A DNA stretch of 40,000 nucleotides from Escherichia coli (GTDB lineage Bacteria; Pseudomonadota; Gammaproteobacteria; Enterobacterales; Enterobacteriaceae), in NCBI RefSeq assembly GCF_018884285.1, contig NZ_CP035817.1; one strand, written 5' to 3'. The notes beneath the pieces are model-generated. The model was not told the origin of the DNA. It searched no databases and saw only the letters and a program-made list of their open reading frames with translations. Shown in pieces: positions 29,108-37,607 of this stretch. The position numbers and the translations under genes are program-made. Position 1 is the first letter of the stretch, and each line of letters opens with the position of its first letter.

Positions 29108-29599
29108 TTAGCCATTATCTTCTGAATTATCGTTTAAGAGTTCAATATATGCCTGCGCTTTACTCTTAACACTATCATCCTCACAATTGTTAATAATGTG
29201 ATAGAAACATTGCATTGCGTTATCGATATTTTTAGCCCCAATCTGACATTGACCCATACGATAAATAACTGAATAGTCATCATACGGGAAGTAATTGTAA
29301 CTTAGTTTGTAAAGGTCATATGCTTGTTGATATTTCTTTTTTGACTGACATACTGATGCAAAACCTTCTAGATACTCATGATTTTCGAACGCATAAATGC
29401 ACAAAAATTTATAATAAATTTCTGCGTCCGTTACATTACCCTTTTCATGGTAGTCGAATGCATATGCATATATTCTATCAAGGATATCAGGAGTTAAACC
29501 ATGTAGTAATGCCAGATTTTCTCCTTTCGATAATAGGTGTTTTAGTTGATTTGCCCATTCATCACTATTATTGAATATTTCAATTGTTTCTGTGCTCAT
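29108..29599 (-). CDS. ygeG: SicA/IpgC/LcrH-family class II T3SS chaperone (TPR)
   Basis: 163-aa ORF with TPR-like repeats (YAFDYHEKGNVTDAEIYYKFLCIY...AYDLYKLSY...). It matches E. coli YgeG in length and position. Confidence 0.8.
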   Translation of the reverse strand: MSTETIEIFNNSDEWANQLKHLLSKGENLALLHGLTPDILDRIYAYAFDYHEKGNVTDAEIYYKFLCIYAFENHEYLEGFASVCQSKKKYQQAYDLYKLSYNYFPYDDYSVIYRMGQCQIGAKNIDNAMQCFYHIINNCEDDSVKSKAQAYIELLNDNSEDNG

Positions 29600-29876
29600 A
29601 ATATTCCTCTGTGATGTGTCTCGTGATGCTAAATTATTATTGATTGACTCATTAATATTTTTACATTTATCTTTTTTAAATTATTGGTTTTAAGCTTGCA
29701 TTGCTTATGGTATATTTTTCATTATTGGTAAAAGTACTGTTCACTACAAAATAATAACATCATTAGTTGTTTTACTAATATTCACCTTATTAGTTGTCTT
29801 AATTACGACATTACATAAATGCCTTAATGTGTATGACCTGGATTCATAGTATCAATTGCCATTTTTTCAATGAAAA

Positions 29877-30314
29877 TTAAAAAGGGGATTTTTGCGAAGG
29901 GTAGAATGTCGTTTGTTTTTTTTCTTTATTATGTCTGGTGACGAGGGGGGATAGAACGTCTGTGCATATAGTAGTGAATTTATTCAGGTCTACATTATTC
30001 TCTATTTTGGTCAGTTTTATGAGTTCATTTACAGCCATACTCATTAAATCATCTGTTATCGAAAATTTATATATGCTCATAGCAGATAATATTGCTTGCT
30101 GAATTATCTCTTCAGAAATATCCGCTATCTTTATTGACAAATCATGTATTAGATATTTTCCTCCAAGAGATTCTTGTTCAATATAATTTAAACCAGACCC
30201 CATTGTGATTTTAACTGGATTAACGGATTTCTCTTCATTTTTCTTATTTTTGTTCTCCTGATCAGGAACTAATGGTTGCAGTGATAGGCTATTATTAATA
30301 TTTCGTGGCTTCAT
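29877..30314 (-). CDS. ygeF: Hypothetical ETT2 protein upstream of the SicA-like chaperone
   Basis: 145-aa ORF on the same strand as ygeG/ygeH. I recognise no family. The assignment to ygeF rests on position only, and I recall K-12 ygeF as a pseudogene. Confidence 0.45.
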   Translation of the reverse strand: MKPRNINNSLSLQPLVPDQENKNKKNEEKSVNPVKITMGSGLNYIEQESLGGKYLIHDLSIKIADISEEIIQQAILSAMSIYKFSITDDLMSMAVNELIKLTKIENNVDLNKFTTICTDVLSPLVTRHNKEKKQTTFYPSQKSPF

Positions 30315-30507
30315 TTTACATTTCTCTCATTTGATTAGAGCAAAATCCGAATTCGCAGCTTCTGATAATGTCAAATATCACCTTATGGAGACGTTACGTA
30401 GAATGACTATATTTGTTATCGGCACATTAGGGGTATTAATTTTAGTATTGATGGAAGGTGATTATTGAACAGTAACATCGAGTCACGGTAAAAATGTGAG
30501 GTATACA

Positions 30508-30932
30508 ATGGACATTGAGTTTTCGCAGATTCATGAAATGGTCTATATGCATGATATTGTAAATTCGGACTCGAAAAAGAAACCAAGGATTCCGTTAAAA
30601 AATTCCTTAATGCTGAGAAGGTTCTCACGCAAACAACATCATGGACATTAAATTCAAGATATGTGAATGTTAATTCTGTCAATAAAGTCAACGTAAAGAG
30701 TAAAGTTAAAAACAGTTATATCTCACGATCTGTCAATGATGAGTTTAGTTTAACAGATGATGAAATTAATTCTTTTAAAGAAACGTTAATCCTTTCCTCT
30801 ATTGATTCACTGAGTAAACTGGTTCTTAATAATCCTCTTTCTGTATTGTTTACATCGACTGTACGAAGGAATAATAATCGAGCTAAGATGAATGTCGAGT
30901 TCGACTCATGGATTTGCACCAGATGTTGTTGA
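30508..30932 (+). pseudogene. yqeK: Probable yqeK-equivalent, apparently frameshifted
   Basis: An ATG ORF at 30508 (48 codons) and track ORF 30663..30932 are in different frames, which overlap between 30555 and 30653. The combined span is 425 nt. That is one nt short of the 426 nt needed for a 141-aa protein, the length I recall for K-12 YqeK. An A5 run at 30574-30578 is a plausible slip site. Confidence 0.35.
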
Positions 30933-30967
30933 TACATGATATTTTACATTGCAAGGAGATGTCTAAA

Positions 30968-31048
30968 ATGAAAGATGTTGATCAAAACTTTGATGCTTTA
31001 GACTGCCATATACTGCGAGAATATTTAATTTTATTGTTTTATGATTAA
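30968..31048 (+). CDS. yqeL: 26-aa small ORF (MKDVDQNFDALDCHILREYLILLFYD)
   Basis: AAGGAG at 30953-30958 lies 9 nt upstream of the ATG at 30968. I recall a 26-aa small protein YqeL annotated in this K-12 neighbourhood, and the assignment depends on that recollection. Confidence 0.35.
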   Translation: MKDVDQNFDALDCHILREYLILLFYD

Positions 31049-31080
31049 CGAGGTTCCATCTTTTTGTTATCTATTTTAGT

Positions 31081-31575
31081 TTACCTTGCACAATGCATTA
31101 TTGCTCTGTTACCAATGCTCAAAATAAAAGCATGCTTACCTTGCTTTAGTATATTATAGCTTACACTTTTTTCTGGAAAGACATAAAAATCAGGAATAAG
31201 TTGTACAAGTCTATCATCATCAACTTGATCCATAATCTCAAACTTATTAACTTTCTTTGATGTTAAATGGGCTGTGTCATAGTTTTCAATCCATGTGTAT
31301 TCAATATTTCGCCGTATTGATTTACTTTCTCTGTTACCTTGTTGCCAGGTTCCACTCAACGCAACAGTTCCTGTTTTATTTTTTTTGTTAAACATAAAGT
31401 CGATGGTAAGATTTGCTCGTCCCTGGTCATTAAAAATTACCCAATTTGCAGTGCATGTTTCGTTATATATCATTTTTTCTGCAGTGTAAGAATAGACAGT
31501 GAAGAGAATAAACCCACTGATAAAAACTAAAATAAATAATAAGTTTTTTTTATAATCAATCACGATTAACCTCAC
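31081..31575 (-). CDS. yqeJ: Single-pass membrane protein encoded with and overlapping yqeI (FidL/ToxS-like arrangement)
   Basis: It has an N-terminal TM helix (LLFILVFISGFILFTVYSY) followed by a roughly 130-aa soluble domain. Its start, GTG at 31575 or GTG at 31563, overlaps the yqeI stop at 31556-31558. Confidence 0.65.
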   Translation of the reverse strand: MRLIVIDYKKNLLFILVFISGFILFTVYSYTAEKMIYNETCTANWVIFNDQGRANLTIDFMFNKKNKTGTVALSGTWQQGNRESKSIRRNIEYTWIENYDTAHLTSKKVNKFEIMDQVDDDRLVQLIPDFYVFPEKSVSYNILKQGKHAFILSIGNRAIMHCAR

Positions 31576-32365
31576 GGTAAGACAGGGTTAAACAGCCAGC
31601 CACTTCATGTTGGTTATAGTTTTTATTGCATGCCATAACAATCATCCCCGGTGAGGATTTTGCAAGAGGGAAGTATAACCACGGATATTTTTTACAGTTA
31701 ATCCCCGAATCCAGTATCCGTGTTTTATATTTATCGAACTCTTTCAACCCATCAATTGTATCTTCTGTTACATTAAAATGGCAGCCATTAATTTCCGCAA
31801 CAGTCTTGTAATCCTTGAAAAATGGTTTCGGTTGATTATTATTCCATAGCCAATATGCAGAATATGCGCCTATGACAAATGCGCTCAACATAATTAGATA
31901 ACTTTTTATATGTTTGAGGATTTTGTTATTGAAATTCTTTGCGCCACCAATGCTCTCTTTGTATCCCGCATTAACTTTTATGGCAGGTGGGGCATTGTGT
32001 GTATGTGCGTCTGTTGATGAGTTTATTACATGATTTTGTATGTTAATGTCATTATGGATCTTGAATCCTCTTCTCGGTACGGTTGCAATAAGCGAGTGGG
32101 TAGTATCACCAACAGCGCGAAATCCGCGTCTGATAATGGATATGTTCTGATATAACGTGTTAGTAGGCACACGCATACCTTCTTCTTCCCAGACTCTGGT
32201 GAAAAAATCTTGTTGTGCAACCACATCAGGAAAAGCTTCAAGTAGAAGTGATAAACAACGACTGGCTGGCGTTGTCAGAACGACGTTAAGATCGGCGTTA
32301 TGTACCGATATTAATTTTCGGTGCTCAGGCCAGAACTCGATATTATCGTTAATAATCCAGTACAT
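31556..32365 (-). CDS. yqeI: ToxR/CadC/MarT-like membrane-anchored winged-helix transcriptional regulator
   Basis: 269-aa ORF. The layout is an N-terminal OmpR-type wHTH (TLYQNISIIRRGFRAVG...TVPRRGFKI), a central TM helix (LIMLSAFVIGAYSAYWLW) and a C-terminal extracytoplasmic domain. Confidence 0.8.
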   Translation of the reverse strand: MYWIINDNIEFWPEHRKLISVHNADLNVVLTTPASRCLSLLLEAFPDVVAQQDFFTRVWEEEGMRVPTNTLYQNISIIRRGFRAVGDTTHSLIATVPRRGFKIHNDINIQNHVINSSTDAHTHNAPPAIKVNAGYKESIGGAKNFNNKILKHIKSYLIMLSAFVIGAYSAYWLWNNNQPKPFFKDYKTVAEINGCHFNVTEDTIDGLKEFDKYKTRILDSGINCKKYPWLYFPLAKSSPGMIVMACNKNYNQHEVAGCLTLSYREVNRD

Positions 32366-32697
32366 ACGTCAATAAACACTAAATCAATCGAAATGGAAAT
32401 CACATAGTTTGCTAAGTATATTGGTATTTACGGCATAAATATATATTAATTTTATATTTATCATGATGATTGAAATGAGGCTTTAATGTCGCAACGTAAA
32501 ACTTTATGTAAATTAACATGGTTAACATTTATGCCACTATTGTTTGTAAGTTCATATTTCGTAATGCTTCTGAATTTTTCGTGTGATGGTTTTAAATACT
32601 ATGTGTTTACTCTTGAGGGGACGGCCTATTTATAAAATACGGGCATTTCCATAAATGCCCGTATAAACAGAGTATGATTCTTGCAGATTGTTGAGTA

Positions 32698-33330
32698 TCA
32701 ATGTTGGACCGAATGTGAACGAATAAATAATTCGTTTATTTTACCAGCCATTCTCTTTTCGATTCGTTGCTTGTACGCGTAGATGCTACGGATATCCATA
32801 TCCAGAACTTCAGCAATCTGATATGGATTATAACCAGAAACCATATACCCCATTATGGTGAATTCCATCTGAGTTAATGTGTTACCTCTGGTAAATGATA
32901 AATAACGACCAATAAATAGTTGTCTGATCTTTTCATTGGCAACATCAAGACCATCATCATTATATATGACAGCAGATATTGCTGAGTTGTGTTTTCGCCA
33001 GTAATTAGCTAACGATTGCATATTGCGGTCGCTGACTAAAACAATCCCCATGTCAGTACTTGCAAGATAGTCAATCCAGTCTTTTTCAAGGAATAGACGT
33101 AAAAAACTTACTGAAAAATCGACAAAAATATATCCGCTTAATCTCGCATTGTGGTTTTTTGTTAAGATACCTTCTACCACACCACGATTAAAATATGAAC
33201 TTTCTTCGGGCCACATACAAAAACACGAGTTTGCGCAGTACTGCAAACGCGGTGACTCTTCTGGCATTATTTGGCAATGCATTGAGCAACTATTGCATGT
33301 AAGACTTTTATAACGACTACAAAGCCCCAT
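32698..33330 (-). CDS. yqeH: LuxR/GerE-type HTH regulator with a cysteine-rich N-terminus
   Basis: The C-terminal HTH is LTQMEFTIMGYMVSGYNPYQIAEVLDMDIRSIYAYKQRIEKRM. The start shown is the internal ATG giving 210 aa, as I recall for K-12. The track ORF extends to 33390 (230 aa). Confidence 0.75.
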   Translation of the reverse strand: MGLCSRYKSLTCNSCSMHCQIMPEESPRLQYCANSCFCMWPEESSYFNRGVVEGILTKNHNARLSGYIFVDFSVSFLRLFLEKDWIDYLASTDMGIVLVSDRNMQSLANYWRKHNSAISAVIYNDDGLDVANEKIRQLFIGRYLSFTRGNTLTQMEFTIMGYMVSGYNPYQIAEVLDMDIRSIYAYKQRIEKRMAGKINELFIRSHSVQH

Positions 33331-33789
33331 GTTAAGAACCTCCCTATCCGTATATAATTGCATAATTTCATTGGTGATTGATGATGTCAATACACCATGA
33401 TTTTGTAATTTTGCTGGAAAAAATTGCGATTAATCTGTATTTGCTATAATTCTGATTAAGACATTTTAAAATGCATTTCTCGTTATTAAATATGATTATG
33501 TTTCACTGATTTAATCTTACCTGGTTGAGGGTGGTTCAGATAACTATCTCATGGTATGAGAATATCTATATCGCAAATTGTTTTTGAATGACCAGAAGAT
33601 ATCTTGCGAATCTAAGTTATGCATCTTAAATAGTCTTATTTAAGATGTTCAGATCTCTTTGTGTGTTTAACTAACTGATAATACTAGGATATGATGAGGG
33701 AAGTGATAGTGCGGAATAATAACGAATGAACATTATGAAAACTGGAATGGTTCAAAATTGTAGCAATTTTGAACCATTCACAATGGATA

Positions 33790-35019
33790 TCAGCTAAAGA
33801 ACATTACCGATACGCACAGGATACCCACGATCAGCGTAATCAGATTTCCGATGGAACGCCAGGGTTTAAGCGCCGGGATCAGATACGTTGACAACGTAGG
33901 CATGATGAAAAGTATCATGGCAATGAGCGGGCCGCTGATCGCGTAAATCATCGAAATCGCGTTCGGGTTAATGCAACAAACAATGAAGGTGATCAGCGAT
34001 ACCAACATAATTGATAGTGCGCGGTTAAATGCACGACTTTTCTTTACACCAACCTGCTGTAGTGTTGTTTTGACGACCTCCGTGGCACCTTCAATAACGC
34101 CAAAGTACGTACCCAGGAATGATTTCGACATCGCAACTACTGCGACAATAATCCCGGAAATTGACAGCCATGCTGGGGCGTTCGGCAGCATAGAAAGAGC
34201 CGATAAAATGGTGACCCCTTCTTCTTTAGCCGCTTCAATATACGAAGGTGGAATAGAAAGCAGGCAGCTAAAGACAAAGAACAGTACACTTATGCAGATG
34301 ATGAGATAAGCGACTTTCATAATTTTTTTGCATTTATCCATAGCGTGTTCGCCATATTTTTCACGTCTGTCTATGGCAAACGTAGAAATAATGGGCGTAT
34401 GGCTAAAGGCGAAAACCATCACGGGAATCGATATCCATATCTGGTGAAGGGTATTCTGATTGAACTCTACCTGGGTCGTTAATAGATCAGGTTGCCAACT
34501 ACCGACAAGGTAAATGGAAAGAAATAAGAAATAGGCAATCAATGGGAATACCAAAAAACCCATTACCCGAATGGTTGCATGGCGTCCCATCAGAAAAATG
34601 AGATTCAGGATTAATACAACACCCAGACTCACCAACATACGGATGCGAAGATCAATAACCATATGCTTTGCCAGCTGTTCCGTAAGTGAGTTGGTAATTG
34701 CCACTGCATATATCAACACGACGACAAAAAAGGCGATGAAGTACAGCGTGGTAATCAGATTACCAATCTTCTTGCCATAGTAGTGTGTTACTGCGCCCGT
34801 TATCCCTTCACCTGCTGATGTTTTCGATGAGAGGATGAACTGGCATAAGGCTTTATGTGGCCAATATGTTAAAGGCCAGGCGACCAGAGCAGTAATAAAC
34901 AGGACCACAGCCCCTGCCGAACCTAACTGAATAGGAAGGAAGAGCGTGCCTGCACCAACGGCTGTGCCGTAGAGCGCGAAACTCCACAGAGTTTCTTCTT
35001 TAGACCAAATATTAGACAT
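33790..35019 (-). CDS. yqeG: HAAAP-family (serine/aromatic amino acid-type) inner-membrane transporter
   Basis: 409-aa polytopic membrane ORF. Length and position match E. coli YqeG. Confidence 0.85.
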   Translation of the reverse strand: MSNIWSKEETLWSFALYGTAVGAGTLFLPIQLGSAGAVVLFITALVAWPLTYWPHKALCQFILSSKTSAGEGITGAVTHYYGKKIGNLITTLYFIAFFVVVLIYAVAITNSLTEQLAKHMVIDLRIRMLVSLGVVLILNLIFLMGRHATIRVMGFLVFPLIAYFLFLSIYLVGSWQPDLLTTQVEFNQNTLHQIWISIPVMVFAFSHTPIISTFAIDRREKYGEHAMDKCKKIMKVAYLIICISVLFFVFSCLLSIPPSYIEAAKEEGVTILSALSMLPNAPAWLSISGIIVAVVAMSKSFLGTYFGVIEGATEVVKTTLQQVGVKKSRAFNRALSIMLVSLITFIVCCINPNAISMIYAISGPLIAMILFIMPTLSTYLIPALKPWRSIGNLITLIVGILCVSVMFFS

Positions 35020-35273
35020 TATCTGAACGTATCATCTACAAATTAAACAAAATGGAGGGCAATTTACCATAAACCAGGTTAAGTATGGGAGATTAACGCC
35101 CTATCTACCCCTCTATTGGTGGGTTAGTGGTTGCAAACCTTACGTGCCAGTTATGACTCTGACTACTGCTCAGGCATATTTCCTTTGTGATAAAAATCAC
35201 TTTTTTTAAACAATTAAGATAACTGTAATTAACAATCATTTACTATTGCACTGTTAATTGGTGCGAGGTTGTG

Positions 35274-36455
35274 ATGAAAGACGTTGTGATTGTCGGGGCG
35301 TTACGGACACCTATCGGCTGCTTTCGCGGTGCGTTAGCGGGTCATTCCGCCGTGGAACTTGGTAGTCTGGTCGTGAAAGCGTTAATAGAACGTACCGGCG
35401 TTCCTGCATATGCGGTGGATGAAGTAATTCTTGGTCAGGTGTTGACTGCAGGGGCAGGGCAGAATCCGGCAAGGCAATCGGCTATTAAAGGTGGTCTGCC
35501 TAATAGCGTTTCTGCAATCACGATTAATGACGTCTGCGGTTCCGGACTTAAAGCACTGCATCTGGCTACTCAGGCGATACAGTGTGGCGAGGCTGATATT
35601 GTCATCGCCGGTGGCCAGGAAAACATGAGCCGCGCACCACATGTTCTGACTGATAGCCGCACCGGTGCACAGCTTGGCAATAGCCAGCTGGTTGACAGTC
35701 TTGTGCATGATGGGTTATGGGATGCCTTCAATGATTATCATATTGGTGTCACCGCCGAAAATCTGGCTCGCGAATATGGCATCAGCCGTCAATTGCAGGA
35801 TGCTTACGCACTTAGCTCGCAACAAAAAGCGCGAGCGGCGATTGACGCCGGACGATTTAAAGATGAGATCGTCCCGGTAATGACCCAAAGTAACGGTCAG
35901 ACGTTGGTTGTTGATACCGATGAACAGCCACGCACTGACGCCAGTGCAGAAGGTTTAGCCCGTTTAAATCCTTCATTTGATAGTCTCGGTTCTGTGACAG
36001 CGGGTAATGCATCATCCATAAACGATGGCGCAGCTGCGGTAATGATGATGAGCGAAGCCAAAGCACGAGCGTTGAATTTACCCGTGCTGGCCCGCATTCG
36101 CGCATTTGCCAGCGTTGGTGTAGATCCGGCATTGATGGGAATTGCGCCGGTGTATGCGACCCGCCGTTGCCTGGAGCGTGTAGGCTGGCAGTTGGCTGAT
36201 GTCGATCTTATCGAGGCTAATGAAGCGTTTGCTGCACAGGCGCTTTCGGTTGGCAAGATGCTTGAGTGGGATGAGCGTCGGGTCAATGTCAATGGTGGTG
36301 CGATCGCACTTGGTCACCCGATAGGCGCTTCCGGTTGCCGAATCCTGGTTTCTCTGGTTCATGAAATGGTGAAACGTAATGCCCGCAAAGGACTGGCAAC
36401 GCTTTGTATCGGCGGGGGCCAGGGCGTGGCATTGACCATTGAACGTGACGAATAG
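35274..36455 (+). CDS. yqeF: Acetyl-CoA C-acetyltransferase (thiolase II family)
   Basis: Thiolase motifs are present, including the active-site Cys context (INDVCGSGLKA) and C-terminal NVNGGAIALGHPIGASG and CIGGGQG. The start is at the ATG just after the GTG at 35271 (393 aa). Confidence 0.92.
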   Translation: MKDVVIVGALRTPIGCFRGALAGHSAVELGSLVVKALIERTGVPAYAVDEVILGQVLTAGAGQNPARQSAIKGGLPNSVSAITINDVCGSGLKALHLATQAIQCGEADIVIAGGQENMSRAPHVLTDSRTGAQLGNSQLVDSLVHDGLWDAFNDYHIGVTAENLAREYGISRQLQDAYALSSQQKARAAIDAGRFKDEIVPVMTQSNGQTLVVDTDEQPRTDASAEGLARLNPSFDSLGSVTAGNASSINDGAAAVMMMSEAKARALNLPVLARIRAFASVGVDPALMGIAPVYATRRCLERVGWQLADVDLIEANEAFAAQALSVGKMLEWDERRVNVNGGAIALGHPIGASGCRILVSLVHEMVKRNARKGLATLCIGGGQGVALTIERDE

Positions 36456-36610
36456 CTCTGCATTTCCTCCTTACCGATAAATATCTGCCGTCATTAATCT
36501 GTTGAATAATGATGGCTGGCAAGTCGACATACATTTTCTGGGCTCCCTCATTTTTCCATTCTCATGACATATTCGTGATCGACACTGCACTTTTTTTAAT
36601 CCTTAACTTA

Positions 36611-36633
36611 AAAATGAAACATTGTTTTATTTT
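36611..36633 (+). promoter_or_regulatory. KdgR operator 1 upstream of kduI
   Basis: AAAATGAAACATTGTTTTATTTT matches the KdgR box pattern (AATGAAACAnTGTTTCATT) with one arm slightly degenerate. Confidence 0.65.
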
Positions 36634-36676
36634 TAATTGAAAACCCTAGCCCATGGGCATATCATCCCTTTATAGA

Positions 36677-36697
36677 GAAAACGAAACAGTGTTTCAC
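36677..36697 (+). promoter_or_regulatory. KdgR operator 2 upstream of kduI
   Basis: GAAAACGAAACAGTGTTTCAC contains the palindromic core GAAACAGTGTTTC, about 45 nt upstream of the kduI start. Confidence 0.6.
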
Positions 36698-36741
36698 TAT
36701 CGTTTTCTATTTTCACGCTTCACTGATTATCGGAGGTTGAT

Positions 36742-37578
36742 GTGGACGTAAGACAGAGCATCCACAGTGCGCACGCAAAAACGCTGGATACCCAAGGGCT
36801 GCGCAATGAATTTTTGGTTGAAAAGGTATTTGTCGCCGATGAGTACACCATGGTTTACAGCCACATTGACCGAATTATTGTTGGCGGCATTATGCCGATA
36901 ACTAAAACGGTTTCCGTTGGCGGGGAAGTTGGTAAACAACTCGGCGTAAGCTATTTCCTTGAACGTCGCGAGTTAGGTGTTATCAATATTGGCGGTGCCG
37001 GTACGATTACTGTCGATGGCCAATGCTATGAAATCGGTCACCGCGACGCCCTGTATGTTGGTAAAGGTGCAAAAGAAGTTGTCTTTGCCAGTATTGATAC
37101 CGGCACTCCGGCGAAGTTTTATTACAATTGCGCACCCGCGCATACGACGTATCCCACCAAAAAAGTCACACCGGACGAAGTATCTCCAGTCACGTTAGGC
37201 GATAACCTCACCAGTAACCGTCGCACGATTAACAAATATTTTGTCCCGGATGTACTGGAAACCTGCCAATTGAGTATGGGGCTGACGGAGCTGGCTCCGG
37301 GTAACTTGTGGAACACCATGCCGTGTCACACCCACGAGCGCCGGATGGAAGTTTATTTCTATTTCAATATGGATGATGACGCCTGCGTTTTCCACATGAT
37401 GGGGCAGCCGCAAGAAACGCGTCATATTGTGATGCATAACGAGCAGGCGGTGATCTCCCCGAGCTGGTCGATTCATTCCGGCGTCGGAACCAAAGCTTAT
37501 ACCTTTATCTGGGGCATGGTCGGTGAAAACCAGGTCTTTGATGATATGGACCATGTGGCCGTTAAAGATTTGCGCTAG
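36742..37578 (+). CDS. kduI: 5-dehydro-4-deoxy-D-glucuronate isomerase
   Basis: 278-aa ORF with a GTG start preceded by GGAGG. It begins [24 protein letters not shown]..., which I recognise as E. coli KduI. Confidence 0.93.
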
Positions 37579-37607
37579 TTGTGGGCATAAACGAATAAGG
37601 TATTGTT

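Larger units (their letters stand above)
14933..33789. mobile_element. Degenerate ETT2 (E. coli type III secretion system 2) genomic island adjacent to glyU, with no integrase or flanking direct repeat seen
   Basis: The sequence shifts abruptly to AT-rich right after the tRNA. The block contains SPI-1-like spa/prg/org homologues and hilA-, sicA- and iagB-like genes. The right boundary is approximate: composition returns toward normal around yqeG/yqeF. Confidence 0.8.

Noticed and set aside
30416-30937. Minus-strand ORFs at 30416..30691 and 30716..30937.
   Set aside because: They are antisense to the yqeK-like plus-strand frames. The peptides are low-complexity and I see no ribosome-binding site, so I favour the plus-strand reading, though only weakly.
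25556-33789. A possible hidden defence, toxin-antitoxin, retron or other novel system in the AT-rich accessory region.
   Set aside because: Every sizeable ORF here is accounted for by an ETT2-associated regulator, chaperone, transglycosylase or small gene known from K-12. I saw no nuclease, ATPase, reverse transcriptase or paired small-ORF architecture, and no structured repeat array.
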